Part shown: positions 19,689 through 29,457 of the stretch, in pieces
Layout: the number at the start of each line of letters is the position of its first letter
How positions within the stretch are numbered: position 1 is the first letter of the stretch
Source of the DNA: Deltaproteobacteria bacterium
Lineage (GTDB): Bacteria > Myxococcota_A > Polyangia > Polyangiales > Houyiibacteriaceae
Direction of reading: 5' to 3'
Length of the DNA: 64,000 nt
NCBI GenBank assembly: GCA_034670305.1
Contig: JAXMNT010000011.1
Location: 1-64,000, forward strand
Notes under the pieces: generated by a model
What the model saw: only the letters and a program-made list of their open reading frames with translations
Told to the model about the DNA's origin: nothing
Databases searched by the model: none
Translations under genes and position numbers: made by a program

Positions 19689-20373
19689 CCAGGTCCAGCC
19701 AGGCGGTCGGGATCAAGCGCCGCGCGAGGGTGTGCGCGAACCACGTCGCGCCGAACAGTTCACACGTCTCTTCCACCCAGTCGAGCAAGCCGTAGACCAG
19801 GTTGTCGTCCCCGTGCGACTCCGTCCAGTATCCGAGCGGCAACTCCATCAAGAGCGCGCCGCCCACGTAGAGCACCGCCGCGCCGATGAACCGTTGCCGC
19901 GTCCACGCGTCGACCTGCCGCAGCAGCGGCCACATCGACGCGCCGAACACCATCACCACGATCGACGCCGGCACCACCCAGCTGAAGTAGAGCACCCCCT
20001 CGGTCTGCAGCAGCCCGCCGAGGTGTTCGTGGATCTCGATCGCCTCGTCGAGCGACATGAACGCGAACACCCCAGACAGCACCCACCACCGAGTCGGCGG
20101 TCCGCTCTGCAAACGTTCGGACGCATGCGCCGTCAGCGCCAGCAACGCCGCGCACCCGAGCAGGAGCGAACTCGCGTACCAAGTCGGCACGTTCTTCTCG
20201 TAGCTCAGCGAGAACAGCTCCACCGGCTTGGCCGGCGCGTCGGCCAGAAAACACAGCAGCTCCGCGACCAGCCCCGTCGTCGAGACCAGCGCGGTGGCGA
20301 CCAGCAGCACGGTGCCCGCACGGCCGAGCCCTGGCGGCGCACCCTCGATGTCCGGGTCCACGTCGCCGCTCAA
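19666..20373 (-). CDS. Hypothetical membrane protein
   Basis: EKNVPTWYAS, MSLDEAIEIHE, EETCELFG motifs with several TM helices. Confidence 0.75.
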   Translation of the reverse strand: MSGDVDPDIEGAPPGLGRAGTVLLVATALVSTTGLVAELLCFLADAPAKPVELFSLSYEKNVPTWYASSLLLGCAALLALTAHASERLQSGPPTRWWVLSGVFAFMSLDEAIEIHEHLGGLLQTEGVLYFSWVVPASIVVMVFGASMWPLLRQVDAWTRQRFIGAAVLYVGGALLMELPLGYWTESHGDDNLVYGLLDWVEETCELFGATWFAHTLARRLIPTAWLDLGDQHVAG

Positions 20374-20451
20374 CGCAACCTGCCGTGCCGGTCGCGAACC
20401 TGCGGAACCGATGGCTTCGTCATCGCGAGGCTCCCCGATTCCGCCGTCGAC

Positions 20452-21135
20452 TCAGTGACCGATGCGGATGTCGATGCCGCCGCCGTGGCCGCCGCGCACC
20501 CGGTGTTTGCCGCGCATGCGGTGCTTGCGGTGCTTGTGTTTGCCACGCACTCGGACCCGCGGGCCCTCGAGCACGATCATCGGCGTCTCCACCGTCACCC
20601 GGTGGTCCACCCGCGTGCGCGCAGGAGCTTCCACCCGGACGTTGATGGCGGGCGCCAGATCGATGTGCACCTCCGACTGGTGCGTGTGGCCGCCGACTTC
20701 CACCGTCACCTCGACCGGCCCCGGCGTCACTTCGACCCGGCGGAGCCGTCCTTGAAACCGGGCTTCGCCCGCGTGCCAGCGGAGCGGCACCCGGCGCACG
20801 CCGCCCGCTGTCGGGACCGCCGCGATCACGGTCACGTCGTCTTCGAGGTCTTCGTCCGCGGGCGGGTACGCGTAGACCTGACCGCCTTCGTGCACGACCA
20901 CCTCGAGCACGTGGCCGCCGACCGCGACCGTCTGACCGCCGTGGCTCGGAGAACGGTCCACCCGGGCTTCACCGCTCACCTGCGGTGCGAGCTCCATCGA
21001 CACCGGCTCGGGCGGCGTGTCCCCACACCCGAACGCGAGCAGCGCGCTTGCGGAGAGCGAGAGGATCCACCCCTTGGAAGCGAAGCCCCGACCGGAGTCC
21101 CGGCGGGCTGAGTTCTGGCTGTTCGAATGCGTCAT
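20452..21135 (-). CDS. Hypothetical lipoprotein with basic His-rich tail
   Basis: Lipobox LAFGC; GGAG RBS; HGGQ motif. Confidence 0.7.
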   Translation of the reverse strand: MTHSNSQNSARRDSGRGFASKGWILSLSASALLAFGCGDTPPEPVSMELAPQVSGEARVDRSPSHGGQTVAVGGHVLEVVVHEGGQVYAYPPADEDLEDDVTVIAAVPTAGGVRRVPLRWHAGEARFQGRLRRVEVTPGPVEVTVEVGGHTHQSEVHIDLAPAINVRVEAPARTRVDHRVTVETPMIVLEGPRVRVRGKHKHRKHRMRGKHRVRGGHGGGIDIRIGH

Positions 21136-21146
21136 ACGTACTCCTG

Positions 21147-21542
21147 TCATGGCCACTCGCAGATCGTGTCGCCGTGTTCGCAGCCCTGTCCCTCGGCGCA
21201 GTCGAGATCCGACTCGCACCGAAAGAAGCACATGTCGTGTTCACACGCCATGAAGGAAGGACAGTCGAGATCGTCGTCGCATGCCAGCGTGCACATGCCC
21301 CCGCCGCAGTTGCTCTCTTCCGTGCAACAGAACCCATCCGCGCAGTCCCCGTCGTCGAGGCAATCCGCCCCCACGTCGCCACCACAGAAAAGTGGGTTGT
21401 GCCGACACCCCTGAGCGGGCCCGGAATCACATCCAAAACTCCCCACCCCCAGCAAAGCCGCAAAGCAGCCCGCCAGGACCATCGTTCGGCCTCCCCCATC
21501 TTGGGGGCAGCGCGCACCTCGGGAACCAGAGTTTTCGCTCAT
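21147..21542 (-). CDS. Small Cys-rich lipoprotein
   Basis: SFGC lipobox; three C-x2-D-x-D-C repeats; start could be 21482. Confidence 0.7.
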   Translation of the reverse strand: MSENSGSRGARCPQDGGGRTMVLAGCFAALLGVGSFGCDSGPAQGCRHNPLFCGGDVGADCLDDGDCADGFCCTEESNCGGGMCTLACDDDLDCPSFMACEHDMCFFRCESDLDCAEGQGCEHGDTICEWP

Positions 21543-21802
21543 ACCCTTCTCCATGCGCGCACCAGAGCTTTCCTTCACCCCAGACCGCCACTTCTTTCTC
21601 AACCCGTCCAGGTTGGCCCAGAGCCCACGGCGACGATGCAGACCCTTGCCCTTGCCCTTGATCAGGTCCCACACCCGTCACCCCCGCCCCAGAACGACCA
21701 AGGGAGGGTGGGGTTCGGGGGGGCGTAGGAATCGGGCATCATTCGAGTGGGTGTCTTCTGTGAAGGCGCGACGACGTGGGTACTCCAAAAGCAGGTTGGT
21801 GA

Positions 21803-22702
21803 ATGAGCGAGATCAAGTGGTCGAAGGCGCAGCGGAAGAAGCTGCATGGGTTTCGGACGCCGCATAAGGCGGATTCGATCGATGCGGTGATGGATGTGAA
21901 GAGCGCGTGGACCTTGCTGAAGGACCGGGCCAAGGGGACCAAGCTGTCGAAGGGGCCGAAGCCTTTGACGACGGCGTTTGAGCTGCGCAAGAAGGGGAAG
22001 GCGCCGGACTCACTCGATGCGGTGACGGAGGTGGGGCTGCTGGAGCTGGCGTCGGTGGCCAAGGATCCGCTGACCAAGTGGGAGCAGTGGGCGGAGGCGC
22101 GCGCGACGGTGGGGCTCTGGGTGGGCGTCCAGGGGTTCGCGTTTGCGTTCGATGTGATCCTTCAGAACCGGCCCTATCAGATGATGAAGATGCCGGGCCG
22201 CGAGTTCGAGATGACGGCGATCAAGAGCCGCGATGCGTGCGCGTTCACGAGCTGGCCGGTCTACGAGCCGCTCTACTGGGCCCTGCGCTGCCACGTGGCG
22301 CACATGAGCGATGAGGCGTTCGCAGACGCGTGCGCGTCGGTGAAGAAGCGGCTGAGCAAGGCGGCGCCGAAGAAGGGCGAGGCGTTCTGGCATCGCGCGG
22401 CGCTGGTGTACGTGCTCTCGCGCGACGAGTCGCTCGTGGCGGCGCAGATCGACAAGATGAAGGCGAACGTGGAGTCGGCTGGCTACAACGCGGGCGAGCT
22501 GCTCGCGGTGGCGACGACCGACCTCGATCAGGCGGCGTGGTTGGCGGAGCGTTCGAGCTTCGTTCGGTACGCGCTGGACTTCGTCGAGACGCATGGCGCG
22601 GCGGCGAAGCCCGTCTTCGAGAAGCAGTACGAGCGGCGGGCGCAGCACTCGTCGAAGCAGTACCTGAAGGGGCTGAGTGCGGGGTTGAAGATGGTGGGGT
22701 GA
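21803..22702 (+). CDS. Hypothetical protein (Lys-rich, helical)
   Basis: 299-aa ORF with strong GC3 bias. Confidence 0.75.
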   Translation: MSEIKWSKAQRKKLHGFRTPHKADSIDAVMDVKSAWTLLKDRAKGTKLSKGPKPLTTAFELRKKGKAPDSLDAVTEVGLLELASVAKDPLTKWEQWAEARATVGLWVGVQGFAFAFDVILQNRPYQMMKMPGREFEMTAIKSRDACAFTSWPVYEPLYWALRCHVAHMSDEAFADACASVKKRLSKAAPKKGEAFWHRAALVYVLSRDESLVAAQIDKMKANVESAGYNAGELLAVATTDLDQAAWLAERSSFVRYALDFVETHGAAAKPVFEKQYERRAQHSSKQYLKGLSAGLKMVG

Positions 22703-22843
22703 TTCGGGCACGCGCGGGATCGAAGATCCGGAGGGCAGGGGCAGGGGCAAGGGCAAGGGCAAGGGTGCTCCGGATTCCACGTTGCTCGTGGCGTGAGCTG
22801 TCCGGCATGCTCGGGCTTGGCGGTTTGGTCCGGAGGAGTGGCG

Positions 22844-23389
22844 ATGGGTGTGCAGTGGGATGGTTCTGCGGCGTTCGAGAAGTTCTCGGGGGCATTTGAT
22901 TCCGTGGTGGTGGCTGCGGGACAACAGGCGGTGTTGTTCGACCAGGGCATGGTGATGGCCTCCCTCTCGCCGGGAACCCACACGCCGGCGAATCTGCCGG
23001 CGCTCGGTCAGGTGGGGGTGGGGGCGGAGTTGGTGATGATGACGGCTCTGCCCTGGTCGGCGAAGTTCGGCAGCAAAGGGGTGCACGTCAAGGGATCCGG
23101 CCGACTGCGACACTTCGGAGAAATCCGCTTCACCATCGTTCAGCCGGAGCGGTTCGCGATGGAGGTGCTCGGCGGGCTCGATCCGGTGCGGGTGGCGGGC
23201 GATGCGGTTGGGAAGCTGCTGGATGCATGCGCACTCGAGTGGATCAACGGCGGGTACATGACGGTCGCCGACCTGGCGCCCTCCATCGACAAGTTCCGGC
23301 AGACGCTGGGACCGCACATTCGGCAGGCGGTGGAGCCGCTGGGGATGGGCTCGGTCGAGCTCGTGGACTTCGTCCCGAACGTTGGGTGA
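22844..23389 (+). CDS. SPFH/band-7-like protein
   Basis: SVVVAAGQQAVLFDQG...LSPGTH, FGEIRFTIVQPERF; GGAGGA RBS. Confidence 0.6.
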   Translation: MGVQWDGSAAFEKFSGAFDSVVVAAGQQAVLFDQGMVMASLSPGTHTPANLPALGQVGVGAELVMMTALPWSAKFGSKGVHVKGSGRLRHFGEIRFTIVQPERFAMEVLGGLDPVRVAGDAVGKLLDACALEWINGGYMTVADLAPSIDKFRQTLGPHIRQAVEPLGMGSVELVDFVPNVG

Positions 23390-23421
23390 GACGTCGATCA
23401 GCGGACGATGCCGCGTCGGAC

Positions 23422-23550
23422 ATTGTCTCTCGCGCGGGAGGTTCTGGGCCCGCGCAGGAGCGAAGCGACGAGCAGGTCCGGAGCCGCTTTCGAGGGTTCG
23501 GAAAGCCGAAGGCGTCCGAGCCCGCAGAAACCCCGCGAGAGACCAGCAAT
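23422..23550 (+). other. Structured intergenic element (REP/MITE-like or ncRNA)
   Basis: Outer stem GTCTCTCGCG/CGCGAGAGAC; inner stems GGTTCTG/CAGAAACC and GGGTTCGGA/TCCGAGCCC; GAA mini-hairpins. Confidence 0.6.
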
Positions 23551-23655
23551 ATCTGAAGGGGCGGACGGCGGCGATGAAGAGGGTCTGGGTGGCTCGAGGC
23601 GTCTGAGGGACTCGAGGCGTCCGGCCAAGGAACGCGGTGAACGCGCGGTTCGGAT

Positions 23656-24834
23656 GTGCCGTATCATCCGGGCGTGCGTTTCTCCTTTCCCGTGGTCCGA
23701 GTGCTGTTCTCGATCGGGTTGTGTGGGCTCGTTGGCTGTGAAGACGACCCGCCACCTCCACCCCGACCGATCCAAGTGTTGCCGCCGACGTTCCCGGATC
23801 GGCCTCCGGTGGTGGCACCCCGAGCGGTGTCGTCGCCCAATGCGTTCGATCTGGTGATGACCAGCGCGGGCGCCACCCTGGTGTATGGGGCGGCGTACGG
23901 CGACGGCGCGGGGATCCGGATGTTGCCGCTCACAACCCAAGGCGACGCGGCGGCGGGAGAGCGCATCGTGCTGCAGGGCGGTGCGGCGGCGGGCGACACA
24001 GTGGAGCTCGCGGCGGCAAGCGGTGGCGGCCGGATCGGAGTGGGTTGGCTCGAGCGTACGCCGCGTGGCTCGCGGGTGCGGGTGACGTACGGCGAAGATT
24101 CGGGCGAGGCGTTTGCGCCGCCGCGCACGCTCGGCAACTCGGACGCGCCGGCGCGCGGTCCTCGAGGGCAGGTCGCGCTGGCGGCGTCGAACGGTGGCCG
24201 GGTGCAGGTGCTCTGGCGCGGCGCGCGGACGGCGTGTGAGAGCGGAAGCAGCGCGCAGTGTGTGCCGGTGTCGGTGGACCGGGTGGCGCCGGTGGCGAGC
24301 GAGCGCAGTGGCGTGGCGCTCGTGTTGCCTTCGCCGTGTGCGCGCACGGTCACCGGGTTCGCGATCGCGGCGGACGGGACCTGGTACTACGGGGTCTGCG
24401 ACAACTCGGTGACGACGGCGTACGCGATCCAGTTCGAGCCGCAGTACGCGCACGCGGAGCGGCTGCTCGAAGGATGTGATCCGATCGGGATCTCGTCGTT
24501 CGCGGAGGGGGTGGCCCTGACGGGCAGTTGCGAGGGCACGGTGCGCGGGACGCGCCTCGAGTCCGGCGGGCGGGCGCTCTCGCACTTCGATTCTCCGCCG
24601 CTCATCGGATGCGTGGAGGGCGGGCCGGTGATCGAGATCGGCACGGTGGTGTCGCCGCTCGGTGCGCCGCGCGATGGGCTGGCGGCGCTTCTGCCTTCGC
24701 AGTTCGCACCTCCGGGATCGCGGGCGGTGTGGACAGGCGACGCGGTGCTGGTGGCGCAGTCCCAAGGTGGCGAAGTGGTGCTGCGACGGTACGATTGTCA
24801 GGGCGGCGTCTTCCGGCGCAACGACCACGAGTAG
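23656..24834 (+). CDS. Hypothetical lipoprotein
   Basis: Lipobox LVGC, Pro-rich linker, beta-rich body; start uncertain. Confidence 0.7.
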   Translation: MPYHPGVRFSFPVVRVLFSIGLCGLVGCEDDPPPPPRPIQVLPPTFPDRPPVVAPRAVSSPNAFDLVMTSAGATLVYGAAYGDGAGIRMLPLTTQGDAAAGERIVLQGGAAAGDTVELAAASGGGRIGVGWLERTPRGSRVRVTYGEDSGEAFAPPRTLGNSDAPARGPRGQVALAASNGGRVQVLWRGARTACESGSSAQCVPVSVDRVAPVASERSGVALVLPSPCARTVTGFAIAADGTWYYGVCDNSVTTAYAIQFEPQYAHAERLLEGCDPIGISSFAEGVALTGSCEGTVRGTRLESGGRALSHFDSPPLIGCVEGGPVIEIGTVVSPLGAPRDGLAALLPSQFAPPGSRAVWTGDAVLVAQSQGGEVVLRRYDCQGGVFRRNDHE

Positions 24835-24842
24835 GGGGCGAT

Positions 24843-26807
24843 GTGAAAACGAACGTGCGGGTTGTGGGGGTGGCGCTGCTCTTGGGTGCGTTCGGCTGCG
24901 GGGACGACGACGCGGGTGGCGTGGATGCGGGCGGCGATGCGTTCGCGGAAGACGCCTTCGTGCCGGACGCGGGGCCGTCGTGCACGGAGCTCTTGTGGGA
25001 CCCGACCGATTCGGAGATCACGATGTGGCCCGACCCGTCGATGCTGGTGACGTCGACCGAGACCGACACCGGGTTCGCGCTCACGTTCGACGAGGTGCGC
25101 TTCGCGGATTCGCTGACGCGCTTCGGTGGGTATGCGCCGGTGTTCACGGAGGACCTGCCGGAGCTCGATGGCTTCGGCAACAACGCGAGCGCGTTCATCC
25201 AGTTCGGCCGGCACTTCGATGTGGAGATGTTGCCCACGGCGGAGGAGACGGGCTCCGGCACGGCGGGGCTCGGTACGGTGGTGCTCGGGGACACGCCGCG
25301 CATTCAGCCCGTGCTGGTCGACACGACCGACGACGGGCGCACGTTGTTGCTCACACCGATGCAGCCGCTCGCGGAGCGCAGTTGGGCCGCGTCGTTCGTG
25401 ACGCGCACGCTGACCGATGCCGCGCGCGGATGTCTCGAGCCGAGCGCTGCGATGCAGGCGGTGTTCGATGCGCCGAGTGTCCGAGAGATGGAAGCGATCG
25501 ATGCGTTGGTGGCGCTCGGTGCCATCGAGAGCGCGGCGGACCTGATCGCGCTCAGCGTGTACCCGGTGCAGAGCCTCACGGCGGACACGCGCGAGATCGC
25601 GGCGGACATCGCGGCGCGCGACTACGTGCCGAACCTCGAGGTCACGTGCACGGACGAAGAGGTGTTCCGGTCGTGTGAGCTCGCGTTCGAAGCGATCGAC
25701 TACCGACAAGAAGACAAGGTCATTCGCCGACGCGAAGGCGAGCCGCTCGTGACGACGCGGCGGTACACGCTGCCGGTGAGTGCGTGGTTGCCGCTCGAAG
25801 GCGAGGGACCGTTCCCGGTGATGATCTGGGGCTCGGGTCTCGGCAGCGGGCGCGACCAAGGGCGCAGGCTCGCAGCGTTTGCGGCGCCGGAAGGCATCGC
25901 GACAATTGCGGTCGACCCGGTGAGCCATGGCGAACACCCGGACGTGGCCGAAGGCGAGAGCACCGAGACGCTGAACACGGTGATTCGGTTCTTCACGATC
26001 GGGAGTGATCTGCGGGTGCGGGCGATCCGGCCGCTGCAGCTGCGCGATCACTGGCGGCAGGCGAGCTACGACAAGCTGCAGCTCGTGCGGCTGGTCCAGG
26101 GCGGGTTGGATCTGGATGGCGACGACGCGGTGGATCTCGACGCGAACCGGATGTCGTACCTCGGGGTGTCGCTCGGCGGCATCATGGGCGTGGAGCTCTT
26201 GGCGGCGACCGACGCGGTGCGCACGGGCGTGCTCGTGGTGCCGGGTGGCCGGGTGGGATCGATCATCAGCGACAGTTCGTTGTTCGGGACGTTGATCACA
26301 TTGCTCCGACCGCGCGGCACGACCGAAGGGGACGTGGATCGCTTCTTCCCGATCCTGCAGACGGTGATCGAACGCGGGGACGCGGCGACGTATGGGCCGC
26401 AAGTGTTGCAGGACCGGATGGTCGACGACTCGCGCGCGCCGAACGTACTCGCGGGCGTGGTGCTCGACGACGACACGGTGCCGAACCCGGCGAACTACGC
26501 ACTGATGCGCGCGATGCGGCTGCCGCTCGTCGGGCCAGTGTTGCGGCCGGAGCCTGGGATCATGGGCGTGCCGGCGCCGCTGCTGGGGAACATCGACGAC
26601 GGCGCGACGACGGCTGGGTTTCTGCAGTTCGACGTGGTGCGCGACGGCGAGATGATCGAAGCAGCGACCCACAACAACATCGGCGACAGCGAAGTCGGCA
26701 TCGAAGCGTGGTTCCACTTCTTGCGGACCGCGGACGCGGGCGACGCAGAGATCGCGGACCCGTACGTGGCGGTGGGGCTGGAGCACGGGCTGCCCGCAGA
26801 GGAGTAG
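24843..26807 (+). CDS. Lipoprotein alpha/beta hydrolase (lipase-like)
   Basis: Lipobox AFGC; YLGVSLGG nucleophile elbow; DDDTVPN; ATHN. Confidence 0.8.
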   Translation: MKTNVRVVGVALLLGAFGCGDDDAGGVDAGGDAFAEDAFVPDAGPSCTELLWDPTDSEITMWPDPSMLVTSTETDTGFALTFDEVRFADSLTRFGGYAPVFTEDLPELDGFGNNASAFIQFGRHFDVEMLPTAEETGSGTAGLGTVVLGDTPRIQPVLVDTTDDGRTLLLTPMQPLAERSWAASFVTRTLTDAARGCLEPSAAMQAVFDAPSVREMEAIDALVALGAIESAADLIALSVYPVQSLTADTREIAADIAARDYVPNLEVTCTDEEVFRSCELAFEAIDYRQEDKVIRRREGEPLVTTRRYTLPVSAWLPLEGEGPFPVMIWGSGLGSGRDQGRRLAAFAAPEGIATIAVDPVSHGEHPDVAEGESTETLNTVIRFFTIGSDLRVRAIRPLQLRDHWRQASYDKLQLVRLVQGGLDLDGDDAVDLDANRMSYLGVSLGGIMGVELLAATDAVRTGVLVVPGGRVGSIISDSSLFGTLITLLRPRGTTEGDVDRFFPILQTVIERGDAATYGPQVLQDRMVDDSRAPNVLAGVVLDDDTVPNPANYALMRAMRLPLVGPVLRPEPGIMGVPAPLLGNIDDGATTAGFLQFDVVRDGEMIEAATHNNIGDSEVGIEAWFHFLRTADAGDAEIADPYVAVGLEHGLPAEE

Positions 26808-26954
26808 CGGCGGCCGTGGAGATGCGCCCACCCGTGCCGGTGGCAGTGGAAGATGGCCGTGGCGCGGGAGATGCGCGACCCGTGCCCGTGCCCGTGCCCG
26901 TGCCCGTGCCCGTGGTTCAGTCGTTGGGTCGGCGACTCAGGTGGTCTGTGGTTC

Positions 26955-27070
26955 TGCGACGGAACTCCCCCTCCCTCCTCTGAACTCCTCCGGAACTCTC
27001 CCGAAATTGAACGGGCGCTGGCGAGCGACGCGATGGACGGCAGGGGTGACCACGCGTGCGGCTGCCGGGT
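26955..27070 (+). repeat. Dispersed AACTC-rich repeat, copy B
   Basis: Matches copy A; flanked by (GCCCGT)n at 26878-26913 and (GCAGAG)n at 27092-27211. Confidence 0.85.
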
Positions 27071-27091
27071 TTTCGGGGTCGGCGGCAGAAT

Positions 27092-27211
27092 GCAGAGGCA
27101 GAGGCAGCGGCAGCGGCAGCGGCAGAGTCAGAGTCAGAGGCAGAGGCAGAGGCAGAGGCAGAGGCAGAGGCAGAGGCAGAGTCAGAGTCAGAGGCAGCTA
27201 CCGCTACAGCC
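27092..27211. repeat. Hexamer array (GCAGAG/TCAGAG/GCAGCG)n
   Basis: Visible periodic tract. Confidence 0.9.
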
Positions 27212-27306
27212 CATGCTCTCCTTCGGAGTCGCACGGTCTCAGCCTCTTCCTTCGGAACTCGGCTCCTTCATCCTTCGGATTCGGAGTGGCTTGGGTGGGC
27301 TTGCTG

Positions 27307-27438
27307 GCTCGGCGGGATTTCGATGGTGGCGGAGTGCTCACCCGCGTCAAGGGTGCCTTCGGCCCCAGCCTTCGGAAGGCTGGCTGCGCCCTTGACCCGG
27401 GCTCCGCTCTCCACCGGGGGCGCTTCGCGCCGCCGAGC
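27307..27438. promoter_or_regulatory. Conserved multi-stem element upstream of four-helix-bundle gene 1
   Basis: GTCAAGGGTGC/GCGCCCTTGAC core stem, nested outer stems and TTC-loop hairpins; same topology as 29267-29421. Confidence 0.7.
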
Positions 27439-27469
27439 AATGTCGCTCTTCGGGGCATTGGAGGCTCTC

Positions 27470-27857
27470 ATGATTGTTCTCGAATCTTCTTTGGTTCTCG
27501 TCGAGTCGTTGGTGGGTGTGCTGGCGGATGTTTCTCGCCGGGACCGTTCGTTGGGGGATCAGATGCGGCGGGCAGCTCAGTCCGTCGTGCTGAACTGCGC
27601 GGAAGCGAAGCACGCCCGGGGGAAGCGGAGCGTCGATCGGTTCGAGTCGACACGGTGCAGCCTCGCGAAGCGAGCCAGCCGTGTCACCGGGACGGCGTTT
27701 GGGGGCTGTGCCCCCAAGAAGCATCGCGTACGGGGAAGCGAGCGAGCTGAAGGCGGCGCTTCGATTGGTTCGGGTGTTTGGGTACGCGGAGGTCAGCGAG
27801 GAGTTGGTGCAGCGCTGCGATGAGGTCTGCGCGATGCTGTATCGGCTCGGTCGTTGA
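27470..27857 (+). pseudogene. Four-helix-bundle protein (23S-IVP/TIGR02436-like) interrupted by a 76-bp insertion
   Basis: LGDQMRRAAQSVVLNCAE...DRF, then in another frame [14 protein letters not shown]...[10 protein letters not shown]; removing 27644-27719 restores a 103-aa ORF colinear with 29458-29769; GGAGG RBS. Confidence 0.8.
27644..27719. mobile_element. 76-bp two-hairpin micro-insertion (REP/MITE-like)
   Basis: GACACGG..CTCGC-GAA-GCGAG..CCGTGTC and TTGGGGGC-TGT-GCCCCCAA; absent from the paralog; boundaries uncertain by about 3 nt. Confidence 0.65.
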
Positions 27858-27892
27858 GAGCGAGGGCCGGCGGCGCGCCTGACGCCGTCGCC

Positions 27893-28060
27893 GGCTCGGC
27901 TTCGGCTTCGGCGTCGGCTTCGGCGTCGGCGTCGGCTTCGGCGTCGGCGTCGGCTTCGGCTTCGGCTGCGTCGGCTTCGGCGTCGGCTTCGGCTTCGGCT
28001 TTGGCTTCGGCTTCGGCCTCGACGTCGGCCTCGGCGTCGGCCGAGGGCGAGGGCGAGGCT
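27893..28060. repeat. Hexamer array (TCGGCT/TCGGCG)n
   Basis: Visible, downstream of four-helix-bundle gene 1. Confidence 0.9.
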
Positions 28061-28148
28061 TCCGGCGTCGCCACCGGCGACGCCATCGCGGCCGGCGCAG
28101 CCGGGCGCGCTTGACGTCTGTGACGGCAGGCGGCAGGGATCGATCACC

Positions 28149-29063
28149 ATGTTGCTCGACTCTCTGCCGAAGTCCGTGTCCATCTACGAAGTGTCGCCGC
28201 GCGACGGTCTCCAGAACGAGGCGGGGCAGGTGGCGACGCATGCGAAGGTGCGGCTCATCGAGGCGCTCGCGGATGCGGGGCTCAAGCGCATCGAGGCGAC
28301 GAGTTTCGTCTCGCCCAAGTGGGTGCCGCAGATGGCGGACGGCGACCAGGTTTGCCAGATGCTCGACCGCACCGAAGGGGTGACGTACTCGGCGCTCGTG
28401 CCGAACGCGCGCGGGCTCGAGCGGGCCATCGAGGCGGGCGTGGACGAGGTCGCGGTGTTCTTGAGCGCGAGCGAGACGCACAACCGCAAGAACGTGAACA
28501 AGACGATCGCGGAGACGCTGAAGGCGTTCGAGCCGGTGGTCGCGCCGGCGTCGAAGACGATGCCGGTGCGTGGGTACGTGTCGACGATGTGGGGCTGTCC
28601 GTACGAGGGCGACGTGGACCCGAAGCGCGGGCTCGAGATCGCGCAGACGTTGCTCGCGGCGGGCTGCTACCAGGTGAGCCTGGGCGACACGATCGGCGTG
28701 GGCACGCCGCTGCAGACGCGACGCATCCTGGAGCTGTTCTTGAAAGAGATCCCGGCGGAGAAGATCGCACTGCACCTGCACGACACGCGGGGCACGGCGC
28801 TGGCGAACGTGCTGGTCGGACTCGACATGGGCATCACGACCTACGACGCGTCGGTGGCCGGACTCGGCGGCTGTCCGTACGCGCCGGGCGCGGCGGGCAA
28901 CCTGGCGACGGAGGACCTCGTGTACACGCTCGACGGCATGGGCATCGAGACGGGGGTGGACTTGGCGAAGCTGTGGCAGGCGGGGCAGGTGGCGGAGGCG
29001 GTGTGCGGGCGGGAGTTGCCGGGCAAGGTGCACCGGGCGGGCGTGCGAAGTTTGGCGGGGTAG
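28149..29063 (+). CDS. hmgL: Hydroxymethylglutaryl-CoA lyase
   Basis: [51 protein letters not shown]. Confidence 0.95.
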   Translation: MLLDSLPKSVSIYEVSPRDGLQNEAGQVATHAKVRLIEALADAGLKRIEATSFVSPKWVPQMADGDQVCQMLDRTEGVTYSALVPNARGLERAIEAGVDEVAVFLSASETHNRKNVNKTIAETLKAFEPVVAPASKTMPVRGYVSTMWGCPYEGDVDPKRGLEIAQTLLAAGCYQVSLGDTIGVGTPLQTRRILELFLKEIPAEKIALHLHDTRGTALANVLVGLDMGITTYDASVAGLGGCPYAPGAAGNLATEDLVYTLDGMGIETGVDLAKLWQAGQVAEAVCGRELPGKVHRAGVRSLAG

Positions 29064-29093
29064 GGCATCGGGGTAGGGCATCGCGTGCCCGAT

Positions 29094-29228
29094 CCTGAAG
29101 CCGAAGCTGAAGCCGAATCCGAAGCCGAAGCCGAAGCCGACGCCGAAGCCGAAGCCGACGCCGAAGCCGACGCCGAATCCGAAGCCGGATCCGAATCCGA
29201 ATCCGAAGCCGACGCCGAAGCCGACGCC
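29094..29228. repeat. Hexamer array (GCCGAA/GCCGAC/TCCGAA)n
   Basis: Visible; inverted relative to 27893-28060. Confidence 0.9.
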
Positions 29229-29266
29229 ACCGCAGCTGTCGCACCTCTTCTCGTGGAGGTTGGCTG

Positions 29267-29421
29267 GCCCGATGGATGGTCCAGCGTAGCGGTCGGCGGG
29301 GCGGCGCCTCAAGGAGGCCTTCGGCCCGGCGCCTTCGCGCCGCTTCGCTGGCGCGCTTCGCGCTGGCTCGTCCTTGACCCGCCACCCCGCCGACCACTGG
29401 GGGCGCTGCGCGCCCTCGGGC
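29267..29421. promoter_or_regulatory. Conserved multi-stem element upstream of four-helix-bundle gene 2
   Basis: TCAAGGA/TCCTTGA core stem; GGTCGGCGGGGCGGCG/CGCCACCCCGCCGACC stem (15/16); GCCCGA/TCGGGC outer stem; TTC/TGC-loop hairpins. Confidence 0.7.
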
Positions 29422-29457
29422 GAGTTCACGCTCGGCGTACACAACGGTAGGTTCTCG

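Noticed and set aside
27338-27400. Core stems as simple intrinsic terminators
   Set aside because: No U-tracts; branched, covarying architecture directly upstream of start codons.
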